Of a stretch of 64,000 bases of DNA, positions 47,482 through 55,899 are shown piece after piece. Where the stretch lies: assembly GCA_035938215.1 (NCBI GenBank), contig DASZHC010000054.1, positions 830 to 64,829 of the forward strand, written 5' to 3'. Position numbers and translations under genes: made by a program. This DNA is from Chthoniobacterales bacterium (GTDB lineage Bacteria > Verrucomicrobiota > Verrucomicrobiia > Chthoniobacterales > JAFAMB01). The notes below the pieces were generated by a model, which worked only from the letters and a program-made list of their open reading frames with translations, did no database searches and was not told the origin of the DNA. Each line of letters begins with the position of its first letter. Positions within the stretch are counted from its first letter, which is position 1.

Positions 47482-49995
47482 ATGCAGATTCCGGAGGTTG
47501 AGTCGGCGTACTTTGAATTGGCCAACGGCTTGACGCTCATCGTGGCGGAGCATCACTCGGCTCCTCTAGCCAGTGTTCAGGCATGGTGTCAGACGGGAAG
47601 TATTCATGAAGGTGAATGGTTGGCGGGCGGTTTGACGCACTTGCTCGAGCACCTGCTTTTTAATGGGACGGGGCGACGCACGTCGAAACAGATCAGTGAC
47701 GAGATTCATGCGGTGGGCGGCTATCTTAACGCCTACACCTCTTTTGATCGCACGGTTTTCTGGGTCGACTGTCCGGCAAGCGCTGTGCGCCAATCGATCG
47801 ATATACTGGGCGATATGCTGTTTTGTTCCATTCTGGAACCTGAAGCTCTTGGCAGGGAGATGGATATCATTCGTCGTGAGTTTGACATGGGTCTGGACGA
47901 TCCGGATCGGGTGCTGAGTTATCTCACGTTCAGGACCGCGTTTCAGGTGCATCCGTGTCGCTACCCGGTGATTGGAATTCGCGATATTTTCGACCGGTTA
48001 ACTCCTGCCGACGTCTCTCGGTATTACCGCAAGCGTTATGTACCCAACAACATCTTCCTGGTCGTTGCGGGCGATGTGGAAGCCGATCGCGTGAAAACCG
48101 ATGCGGAGGAGTTGTTGAGCTTTGCGAAGCGCACTGCGTTGGAGCCTGTCATCTTGCCCGAAGAGCCGCCCCAGCTTGGGCGTCGCACTGCTGAACAGGC
48201 GTTCAAATCGGATCTTGCTTATTTCAATCTTGGTTGGCACGTGCCGGCAGTTTCCCACGAAGATATGGCGTCGCTTGACGCGGCTTCAGTAGTGCTGGGT
48301 GGTGGAACAAGCTCGCGTCTTTATCAGGAACTACGAGAAAAAGAAGGTTTGGTCTACGGAGTGGGAGCGTATGCATACACCCCGGGTTTCCCGGGTTTGC
48401 TTACCGTCTCGGGCACTTGTGCCAAGGAAGTTTCAGAGCTGGTATCCGAACGCGTGGTCCGTTGCGTTGATGACTACCGTGAACGCCGAATAAGCGAGGA
48501 GGAAGTTCAAAAGGCGAAGCGGATCCTTGCAGTGAATATGATCGAACAGCTTCAGACCGTTAAAGGAGTGGCGTCGGATCTCGGGTTGAATTGGCTGTAC
48601 GCTAGGAATCTGGGGTTCAGCCGGCATTATCTCGAGCGGGTCCAATCGGTCACCGTTCCGGATCTTGAGCGCGTAGTGGGTCGGTACATGACGGATTCGA
48701 ACCTCACGGTCGCGATGCTGCGACCGGAGATCAGTTCCAGACGCGCACCGGCGGTCGCGCGATTCAGTTCGCAACCGCAGTTTCGTCGCCTGACTAATGG
48801 AGCCAAGGCAGTGCTCATTCCGGATCGGCGGTTGCCGATGATCTACAGTTCCCTTGTTGTCCGTGGCGGGGCGCTATTCGAGACGCTCGAGAACAACGGT
48901 ATCCACCGGCTTCTTTCGCAAGCGATGCTGAAGGGCACTCACTCCAGATCCGCCGAACAAATCGCGCAGGGGATCGAGGAAATCGGCAGTTTGCTCTCAG
49001 TTGAATCAGGCTACAATACGTTGCGTGCCGCCGTCAGTTCGCTTTCCGGCGATTTCCAGAAGGCGTTTTCGGTGCTCATGGATGTTGCAACCGATCCAAC
49101 ATTTCCCGCCGAATTCACCGAGCGCGAGCGCGAAAGCCAGATTGCCGCGATTCGCTCGGAGAATGTGCAACCGCACGTCGTAGCACGGAACTTGCTCCGC
49201 AGCGAAATTTATGGATCTCATCCGTACGCCTTGAACCCGCTTGGCCGGGAGAGGAGCGTTCTCCAGATCACGCGGGATCAACTTTTGGAACGGCATCGGG
49301 ATTGTTTTATCTGGCCACAATCGACATTTGGCTTCTGCGGCAACTTTGAGTCTGAGCAGGTCATCGACATGCTTGAGAAAGCACTGGCAGCAGCACCCTC
49401 AGATCGTCAGGCTCAACCCTTCGCTATTCCGCAGGTGGATGAGATAGGGGAGCGCACCGTGTATTCGCACGAAGGGAGACATCAGGCGGTCGTTTACATC
49501 GGGTTCCTTGCGTGCGGGCTTATGGATCCTGATCGGGTCGGTCTCGAGTTGCTGGATGAAGCAGCCGGTGATTCGAGCTCCCGATTTTTTGTGAGGATTC
49601 GCGAGGAACTGGGATTGGCCTATTCCGTGGGGAGTTCGTTATTCATTGGCTTGGCTCGCGGGGTTTTCAGCTTTTACGCAGCGACGTCTCCGGAAAACGC
49701 GGAGAATGTCGCACGGATAATTCGCGATGAGTTAGCCGAGCTGGCCAGGAATGGCTTGGAAGAGCAAGAGTTCGCCCGGGCCAAGGCCAGGAGTATCGCG
49801 CAACTCGAGTTCCAGCTTCAAAGCATGGAGGCCTGCGCACAGAGCGCCGCTTTGAACGAACACTACGATCTCGGATATGACTATGTCCGTCGCCGGAAGC
49901 GGATGATTGAGGAGTTGAACAGAAGCACGGTGAGCGATTTAGCCAGGAAATATTTGATGGATAAACCGGCGATAACGGTCATTGTTAACCCTTGA
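47482..49995 (+). CDS. M16-family zinc peptidase (double-length pitrilysin type)
   Basis: 837 aa. Inverted zinc motif HLLEHLLFNG near the N-terminus. A second M16-like half follows. Confidence 0.85.
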   Translation: MQIPEVESAYFELANGLTLIVAEHHSAPLASVQAWCQTGSIHEGEWLAGGLTHLLEHLLFNGTGRRTSKQISDEIHAVGGYLNAYTSFDRTVFWVDCPASAVRQSIDILGDMLFCSILEPEALGREMDIIRREFDMGLDDPDRVLSYLTFRTAFQVHPCRYPVIGIRDIFDRLTPADVSRYYRKRYVPNNIFLVVAGDVEADRVKTDAEELLSFAKRTALEPVILPEEPPQLGRRTAEQAFKSDLAYFNLGWHVPAVSHEDMASLDAASVVLGGGTSSRLYQELREKEGLVYGVGAYAYTPGFPGLLTVSGTCAKEVSELVSERVVRCVDDYRERRISEEEVQKAKRILAVNMIEQLQTVKGVASDLGLNWLYARNLGFSRHYLERVQSVTVPDLERVVGRYMTDSNLTVAMLRPEISSRRAPAVARFSSQPQFRRLTNGAKAVLIPDRRLPMIYSSLVVRGGALFETLENNGIHRLLSQAMLKGTHSRSAEQIAQGIEEIGSLLSVESGYNTLRAAVSSLSGDFQKAFSVLMDVATDPTFPAEFTERERESQIAAIRSENVQPHVVARNLLRSEIYGSHPYALNPLGRERSVLQITRDQLLERHRDCFIWPQSTFGFCGNFESEQVIDMLEKALAAAPSDRQAQPFAIPQVDEIGERTVYSHEGRHQAVVYIGFLACGLMDPDRVGLELLDEAAGDSSSRFFVRIREELGLAYSVGSSLFIGLARGVFSFYAATSPENAENVARIIRDELAELARNGLEEQEFARAKARSIAQLEFQLQSMEACAQSAALNEHYDLGYDYVRRRKRMIEELNRSTVSDLARKYLMDKPAITVIVNP

Positions 49996-50014
49996 ATGAA
50001 ACGGAAGATTCTAT

Positions 50015-50443
50015 ATGGCAGAATACCAGAATACGACTGTATCTTCGGGTGAGATGACTCAGCGCTTCATTGAGTTTGTCATGATGCAGGCTCAAAACGC
50101 TGCTTTCGTATTGGGGCAGATCCCACACCCTCAAACGGGAAAAGCAGATGTCAATCTGGACATGGCCCAGCTCTTGATTGATCAGCTCGTCATGATTCAG
50201 GAAAAAACAAAGGGCAACCTGAATTCCGACGAGTCGCGTATTCTTGCGCAGACTGTATCGAATCTTCAGATGCTCTTTGTCGAAGCCGCCCGAGAAAAGT
50301 CTTCGACCGCTGCAGAAACGCGTCCGGTAGAACCACAGAAAGCGGAACCGACAAAGGCGGAATCGCGCCAGCCTGAACAGGCAGCTTCGGAACAAACGGA
50401 CGCTGATGGGAAAAAGAAATTTGTCAAAAGCTACGGCTCCTGA
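50015..50443 (+). CDS. DUF1844 domain protein
   Basis: 142 aa. FIEFVMMQAQNAAFVLGQ...IDQLVMIQEKTKGNL matches my memory of the DUF1844 pattern. Confidence 0.65.
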   Translation: MAEYQNTTVSSGEMTQRFIEFVMMQAQNAAFVLGQIPHPQTGKADVNLDMAQLLIDQLVMIQEKTKGNLNSDESRILAQTVSNLQMLFVEAAREKSSTAAETRPVEPQKAEPTKAESRQPEQAASEQTDADGKKKFVKSYGS

Positions 50444-50504
50444 TTTTTTCCCGCGTCCGAAAAATCAGATTTTCTGTCTGTTGCGTAATAGATTAGTGTT
50501 TTCG

Positions 50505-51320
50505 ATGGTAATGAGCTTTGACCTCGGGAACGTAAGGATTGGCGGACCTGCACCGTTTTACGTTCTTGGGCCATGCGTTATCGAGTCTGAAAAGTTTTTG
50601 TTCTCCATCGCGTCCGATCTCAAGGAGATTTGCGGCGCGCTGAATATTTCCTGGATCTTCAAGGCGTCCTACGACAAAGCGAATCGAACTTCGGTCAAAT
50701 CGTTTCGGGGAATCGGCATGGAAGCTGGTTGCCGTGTGCTAAGGCAAATAGGGGACGATTTAGGGGTGCCGGTTACGACGGATGTTCATTCGCCGGAGGA
50801 GGCGCGGGCAGCCGGGGAATCGATCGACCTTTTGCAAATTCCCGCCTTCCTGAGCCGGCAAACGGATTTGATTCGGGCGGCAGCCGAGACCGGGCGGGCG
50901 GTTAATGTAAAGAAGGGACAATTTCTCGCGCCCTGGGATGTGCGAAATATCGCGGATAAACTCGAAACTTTCGGATGCCGTTCATACGTCTTTACCGAGA
51001 GAGGCTTCAGTTTTGGCTACAACAATCTCGTCGCAGACATGCGTTCGCTTTATTGGATCAGGGAACTTGGATATCCGGTTATCTTTGATGCCACGCATTC
51101 AGTGCAACGACCGAGCGGTGTTGGTGACCGCAGCGGAGGAGACGGCGTTTTGGCGCCTGTATTAGCGCGGGCGGCGGCTGCGGCGGGATGCGATGGCATA
51201 TTTATCGAGACTCACTATAATCCAAGTGAAGCGCTGTCAGACGGTCCGAATCAGATCCCGCTCAGGGAGCTTTCGAGAGTACTGGACAAGCTAAAAAGAA
51301 TCCATGAACTCGTTCGCTAG
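50505..51320 (+). CDS. kdsA: 3-deoxy-8-phosphooctulonate (KDO-8-P) synthase
   Basis: Start MVMSFDLGN (ATG 50505). PCVIES, FKASYDKANRTS, IPAFLSRQTDL, KKGQF, FDATHSVQ. Confidence 0.9.
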   Translation: MVMSFDLGNVRIGGPAPFYVLGPCVIESEKFLFSIASDLKEICGALNISWIFKASYDKANRTSVKSFRGIGMEAGCRVLRQIGDDLGVPVTTDVHSPEEARAAGESIDLLQIPAFLSRQTDLIRAAAETGRAVNVKKGQFLAPWDVRNIADKLETFGCRSYVFTERGFSFGYNNLVADMRSLYWIRELGYPVIFDATHSVQRPSGVGDRSGGDGVLAPVLARAAAAAGCDGIFIETHYNPSEALSDGPNQIPLRELSRVLDKLKRIHELVR

Positions 51321-51414
51321 AATCCTTGAAAAGCAAAATCGGTTGCAAAGGAGTCAAGCTTTTTCCGTGTCCGTGCATCAACCATCAGATGGCCTTGCTT
51401 TTCAAGGATTCTAT
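51317..51414. mobile_element. family C 98-bp MITE-like hairpin (copy C1)
   Basis: CTAGAATCCTTGAAAAGCAA ... TTGCTTTTCAAGGATTCTAT. TA dinucleotide on each side of the GAATCC...GGATTC termini. The kdsA stop TAG lies in its first bases. Confidence 0.75.
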
Positions 51415-51459
51415 AGAGCGAGGCTGCTTCACCCAAGCGACGCAGTTCCCAACTCGACC

Positions 51460-51990
51460 ATGCTACCCCTGGCTCTCGCCGGTCTGAGGCGCGGCCTCGC
51501 CAGGTGGGGCTTTTCTTTTGCGCTGGTTGCAGGGATTCTGGCGTCTGGTTTGGCGGAAGAACCTGCTCAGCTAAGAAAGATTGAAGTACCGGTGCCGATC
51601 GGGCACGAGGTCAAGGGATTGCGTCTCCCCGTTCGTAATGAAGAGGGAAAGATGGAAATGCAGTTTGATATCGAATCGGCGAGGCGCCTCAACGACCAGG
51701 ATATCGAAATGCACACGACCACTATACAGACTTATAACCAGCAAACCGCGGAACCGGATGCCAAGATCGAATTGAAAATCGCTGTGATAAATTTGGACAC
51801 CGATGTCATCAAGACGGAAGACCCTGTCAGGATTTCGAGGGAGGACTTTGTTCTCACAGCCGACGGAGGTGAATTCAACTCGAAGCTTCGCCAGGGACGA
51901 GTGCTTGGAAATGTCCACCTCATCATCTATGATCGGGAAAAATTTCAAACGAAGTCCGGCGCCCCAGAGTCAACAACAATAAGTCAGTGA
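51460..51990 (+). CDS. LptC-like membrane-anchored OstA-fold protein
   Basis: Start at MLPLALAGLRRGLARWGFSFALVAGILA (TM anchor). Sits immediately before lptA/lptB. The ORF-track extension back to 51304 reads through repeat C1. Confidence 0.5.
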   Translation: MLPLALAGLRRGLARWGFSFALVAGILASGLAEEPAQLRKIEVPVPIGHEVKGLRLPVRNEEGKMEMQFDIESARRLNDQDIEMHTTTIQTYNQQTAEPDAKIELKIAVINLDTDVIKTEDPVRISREDFVLTADGGEFNSKLRQGRVLGNVHLIIYDREKFQTKSGAPESTTISQ

Positions 51991-52739
51991 AGAGATTAGC
52001 AATTCTGGCCGGAACGATCTGCTGTTTAAGTTGCCAAATCGGAGATGCTCAGCCCAAGACGCCCACGCCAACCCGCGGCAACAAGCCATCGTCTGCTGCA
52101 ACAGCAAGGTCACCCCAGGGGAGCGCGAAACAGGCTCCCGGGGTACCGGAGTCTCAAGGTAAAACGAATGATGCATTTGGAGGTGACGACAAAGATCGTC
52201 CCAAGGGACCTACGGATATACGGTGCTCCCAGGAAGCACAGTTTGATACGAAGACACGGTCAGGGGTATTTTTTGGGAATGTGAAGGTTGTGGATCCGCA
52301 GTTTACACTGACGACGGATCGGCTGGCTGTAAGGCTTAACAAGGAAGAAGATGGAGGAGGGTTGCAGGAAGCTCAGGCAGACGGAAACGTCCTGATTGTG
52401 CATGTCAACCAGCCTAAGAGCGGCCAGAGCCCAGCTACGGCTGCTCCGGGCGCCCAGCCTCAGCCCCAGCAGCCCCAGCAGCCCCAGCCTCAACCCCAAC
52501 AACAACCGGTCACTTCGACAGGCAAATCCGAAAGAGCCGTCTACGAAGCGAAGGATGGTTCGATTACGCTCACCGGCTGGCCTCAGGTGACCCAGGGGGT
52601 CAATACGCATATAGCCACCGCACCGGGAACGAAGATGATTCTATACCGGGATGGGCGAATGCAAACCTACGGAAGCACTAGAACATTGATTCAGGATAGA
52701 ACGGCTACCAACAAACCCAATGCGAATGGCGCCCAGTAG
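51987..52739 (+). CDS. lptA: LptA-like (OstA N-terminal domain) periplasmic protein with a Q/P-rich insertion
   Basis: 250 aa. Signal peptide, OstA-like GNVKVVDPQFTLTTDRLAV...ADGNVLIV. PQPQQPQQPQPQPQQQP at nt 52455-52508. GTGA overlap with the upstream stop. Confidence 0.6.
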   Translation: MKRLAILAGTICCLSCQIGDAQPKTPTPTRGNKPSSAATARSPQGSAKQAPGVPESQGKTNDAFGGDDKDRPKGPTDIRCSQEAQFDTKTRSGVFFGNVKVVDPQFTLTTDRLAVRLNKEEDGGGLQEAQADGNVLIVHVNQPKSGQSPATAAPGAQPQPQQPQQPQPQPQQQPVTSTGKSERAVYEAKDGSITLTGWPQVTQGVNTHIATAPGTKMILYRDGRMQTYGSTRTLIQDRTATNKPNANGAQ

Positions 52740-52761
52740 ACTAGAACTTGAATCCCTCGTG

Positions 52762-53508
52762 ATGGAGGACCGGAAGCGGATCGAGAGGCCGATTCTACGG
52801 ACTGAGAGGCTGGTAAAAATTTACGGCGGACGCTCGGTCGTAAATGGGATCGACATCCAGGTCAACAAAGGGGAGATTGTAGGAATTTTAGGTCCAAATG
52901 GTGCTGGTAAAACGACTACATTTTATCTTATAGTAGGTTTAGTTCGGCCCAATAGTGGACGAGTCTATTTTCAGGATCGTGATGTGACCGGGTTTGCGAT
53001 GCATCGGAGAGCCCGCATGGGTATGGGTTACTTGCCTCAGGAAGAATCCATTTTCCGGAAACTAACCGTCGAACAGAATATCCTGGCCATTCTCGAAACA
53101 CTGCGCATTTCGCGCAAGGAACGACGCCGGCGCTGCGGCGAACTGCTCCGTCAATTCGGCATTGACAATCTGGCGAAGAATCAGGCCTTGACCCTGAGTG
53201 GAGGCGAGAAACGCCGACTAACTATCGCACGGTCACTGGTGACAAGTCCAAGATTGATGATGCTCGACGAGCCCTTCAGCGGTGTTGACCCGATCGCGGT
53301 TTCCGAAATTCAGCAACACATCTCGAATCTCAGTAAATCGGGATTAGCAATTTTGATTACCGATCACAATGTTCGGGAAACCTTGGAGATTGTGGACCGG
53401 GCTTATCTAATTTATGAGGGCAGAGTCGAGAGCCAGGGTACCCGTGAATTTTTGATCAACGATCCAATCAGCCGACAACTCTATCTCGGTGAACGCTTTC
53501 GGATGTAA
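52762..53508 (+). CDS. lptB: LPS export ABC transporter ATP-binding protein
   Basis: GPNGAGKTT, LSGGEKRRLTIARSL, MMLDEPFSGVDP. ATG at 52762 preferred. Confidence 0.9.
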   Translation: MEDRKRIERPILRTERLVKIYGGRSVVNGIDIQVNKGEIVGILGPNGAGKTTTFYLIVGLVRPNSGRVYFQDRDVTGFAMHRRARMGMGYLPQEESIFRKLTVEQNILAILETLRISRKERRRRCGELLRQFGIDNLAKNQALTLSGGEKRRLTIARSLVTSPRLMMLDEPFSGVDPIAVSEIQQHISNLSKSGLAILITDHNVRETLEIVDRAYLIYEGRVESQGTREFLINDPISRQLYLGERFRM

Positions 53509-53644
53509 CCCACGAACAATGCTGCCTGCCATCAGTAGCCAGCGTGTGCCAGGACTGCGTCTTGACGCCTGTGGCGCAATTCTTGCTCCCTGCTCGGGGA
53601 ACCGGAATGCTGATTCCAGCAGCCTAAAAAGAAAGCGCCCCATT

Positions 53645-54280
53645 ATGCAGATACGAAATGCAAATCCACCAATCCAGGTGACTGGGAGGCATGTGAGTGT
53701 CACGGATGCCATGAAGGAATATTGCCGACGCAGGTTGGCGTGCCTTCACCTCGACTATCCGAAAATCATCGAAGTCCAGGTTATCCTGGATGTAGAGAAG
53801 TACCGTCACACTGCCGAGGTGATTTTGCATTGCAGCAACCACATCACACTTGAGGCTAGCGCTGAGAGCGATGATATGTACGCTTCCATTGACCAGGTCG
53901 TGGACAAGATCGCGCGTCAGATGCGCAAATATAAGACGCGTCTCATGCGCCACCACCGCCCACGCAGACACGGCATCCGCCATCTCGAAGAGAAGGTGCT
54001 TCGATGGGAATGGACCGATGAAGTCGAGGAGGTTCCGCAAGCCGACCTTAGTCGAGCGCCGGCAGAGGAAGAGACAGTGGTCCCGGATCAATCCGGACCG
54101 CAAGTGATTCACAGCGAAAAGTATCCGGTGAAGCCGATGTTTATTGATGAAGCCGTGCTTCAAATGGAGATGTCCTCGAAGCAATTCCTCGTGTTCCTGA
54201 ACGCGAAGTCCGAGAAGGTCAGTGTCATCTATCGGCGCAAAAGCGGGGATTTCGGGTTGATCGAGCCGACATTTAGCTGA
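53645..54280 (+). CDS. hpf: ribosome hibernation-promoting factor, long form
   Basis: Start MQIRNANPPIQVTGRHVSVTDAMKEY (ATG 53645). C-terminal dimerisation domain KPMFIDEAVLQMEMSSKQFLVFLN. Confidence 0.9.
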   Translation: MQIRNANPPIQVTGRHVSVTDAMKEYCRRRLACLHLDYPKIIEVQVILDVEKYRHTAEVILHCSNHITLEASAESDDMYASIDQVVDKIARQMRKYKTRLMRHHRPRRHGIRHLEEKVLRWEWTDEVEEVPQADLSRAPAEEETVVPDQSGPQVIHSEKYPVKPMFIDEAVLQMEMSSKQFLVFLNAKSEKVSVIYRRKSGDFGLIEPTFS

Positions 54281-54518
54281 ACTGGGACACCAGACAATAT
54301 CTGAATCTGCCCGGGATTGAGCGCTCAGAGCGCCGTCTCGGGCGCTGCTTTTTGCCGAGCGAAAAAGTATTTGCCAAAGCTCTATCACGCGCATTTTTCT
54401 CGGGACGTGAGAAATGCAAGGGTTTGCGCCGGCGCCGGTTATTAGCTTCCGGTGTGGTGTTTCTCCGAAAGGCGCGATTTGATCGGAACAAAATCCATGC
54501 TATTTCGGGGACTGGACA

Positions 54519-54616
54519 CTAGAATCCTTGAAAAGCAAAACCGACTGCAGATGAGTCAAGTTTTTTCCGTATCTTCGGATTCATCATTAGGTGGTTTTGC
54601 TTTTCAAGGATTCTAG
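54519..54616. mobile_element. family C 98-bp MITE-like hairpin (copy C2)
   Basis: CTAGAATCCTTGAAAAGCAAAACC ... GGTTTTGCTTTTCAAGGATTCTAG. Same orientation as C1 and TA-flanked. Lies 28 bp upstream of hprK. Confidence 0.8.
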
Positions 54617-54643
54617 TGAGGAGAAAACCGCACAGATGCGAGA

Positions 54644-55600
54644 ATGAGACGAGGGAAGTTACCTTTTATTCCGGTTGGCGAATTTTACACCCGGCATGCG
54701 GACCCGCTTCAGCTCAAACTCGTAGGACCGTCTCTTGGCTTCGAACGCAAAATTCGTGAACCTACGATCAATCGCCCCGGTTTGGCGCTCTCCGGTTTTT
54801 TTACCTATTTTGCCGCGAAACGCATTCAAGTGCTGGGGAACGCAGAAGTTAGCTACTTAAAGAGCCTGCCACAAATCGAACAGCAGGAGCGGTGTCTCCA
54901 ACTCTGCCGCCAGCATGTCCCTTGTATCGTCGTCTCTCGAAATTTGCCGGTTCCGAAAGCTTTGTCAGATGCTGCCGCAGAACTGACCATCGCCATTTTT
55001 AGAACACCGATGGTAACGATGCGGTTTATCAACGCGGCGACGATCGGCCTTGAAATGGATTTTGCTCCCACCACTACCGAGCACGGCAGCATGGTGGACA
55101 TTATGGGCATTGGGGCGATGATCCGGGGTTCGAGTGGCGTTGGCAAAAGCGAGTGCGTCCTCGGTCTGATTGAACGCGGGTACAGTCTTGTAAGCGACGA
55201 TGTTACGCGCTTCCGCGTTTTGGATGGGCGTGAACTTGTTGGCACAGCACCGGATCTAACGCGTTATCATATGGAAGTCCGAGGGCTCGGAATCATTAAT
55301 GTCGCTTCCATTTTTGGAGTTGGTAGCATCAGGATTGAAAAGCGTCTTGACCTGGTAGTAACCCTGCGTGACTGGCAAGAGCTTGAAGAGGTTGATAGGA
55401 TTGGACTTGAGCAGGAATTTTACGAGATTCTAGACATTCGGATTCCGCACATCACCATTCCTGTCAGGACGGGGCGCGATCTGGCTCGATTGGTTGAGGT
55501 GGCCGCCTTGGATCAAAAGCTGAAAGGCCTTGGTCAGAACAGCGCGGTGGAATTTAACCAGCGGTTGTTGAATTTAATGCAATCGAACAAGGAGATGTGA
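54644..55600 (+). CDS. hprK: HPr kinase/phosphorylase
   Basis: 318 aa. P-loop GSSGVGKSE; signature EVRGLGIINV. Confidence 0.9.
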   Translation: MRRGKLPFIPVGEFYTRHADPLQLKLVGPSLGFERKIREPTINRPGLALSGFFTYFAAKRIQVLGNAEVSYLKSLPQIEQQERCLQLCRQHVPCIVVSRNLPVPKALSDAAAELTIAIFRTPMVTMRFINAATIGLEMDFAPTTTEHGSMVDIMGIGAMIRGSSGVGKSECVLGLIERGYSLVSDDVTRFRVLDGRELVGTAPDLTRYHMEVRGLGIINVASIFGVGSIRIEKRLDLVVTLRDWQELEEVDRIGLEQEFYEILDIRIPHITIPVRTGRDLARLVEVAALDQKLKGLGQNSAVEFNQRLLNLMQSNKEM

Positions 55601-55899
55601 TGGGTTTGTTGAGTAGGCGACTAGCTTCGGGAAAAATTCAAAAAGAGGTAACGATTTTGAATAAGCTCGGCTTACACGCTCGCCCGGCGGCCATGTTCGT
55701 ACGTGTGGCCAACAAACACAGAGCGGATATCTGGGTTGAAAAAGACGGAGAACAAGTTAACGGGAAGAGCATCATGGGACTGATGATGCTTGCGGCCGGC
55801 CAGGGGACAAAACTGCTTTTATCGGTTGAGGGCACTGATGCCGAAAAGGCTATTCAGGAACTCGAACTGCTGATCGAAAAACGATTCGATGAGGAATAA
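55600..55899 (+). CDS. ptsH: phosphocarrier protein HPr
   Basis: GLHARPAAMF (His-15 site) and NGKSIMGLMML (Ser-46 site). The ATG overlaps the hprK stop (TGATG); a GTG at 55597 is also possible. Confidence 0.9.
   Translation: MGLLSRRLASGKIQKEVTILNKLGLHARPAAMFVRVANKHRADIWVEKDGEQVNGKSIMGLMMLAAGQGTKLLLSVEGTDAEKAIQELELLIEKRFDEE

Noticed and set aside
51385-51405. Possible sigma-54 (-24 GG / -12 GC) promoter in the family C element (TGGCCTTGCTTTTC; TGGTTTTGCTTTTC in C2)
   Set aside because: The GG and GC elements are only about 2-4 nt apart instead of the required 10-nt spacing. No rpoN gene is present in the expected place.
51318-51413. Model in which C1 inserted into a TA inside the kdsA stop codon
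   Set aside because: Removing the element plus one TA would delete the stop and fuse kdsA in frame with the lptC-like ORF. That is implausible as an ancestral state, so the precise insertion history cannot be inferred from this copy.
53624-54394. 256-aa ORF on the minus strand, antisense to hpf
   Set aside because: It exactly shadows a well-supported hpf gene, has no recognisable motifs, and has an odd composition rich in L, H, R and D runs. I take it as a chance open antisense frame.
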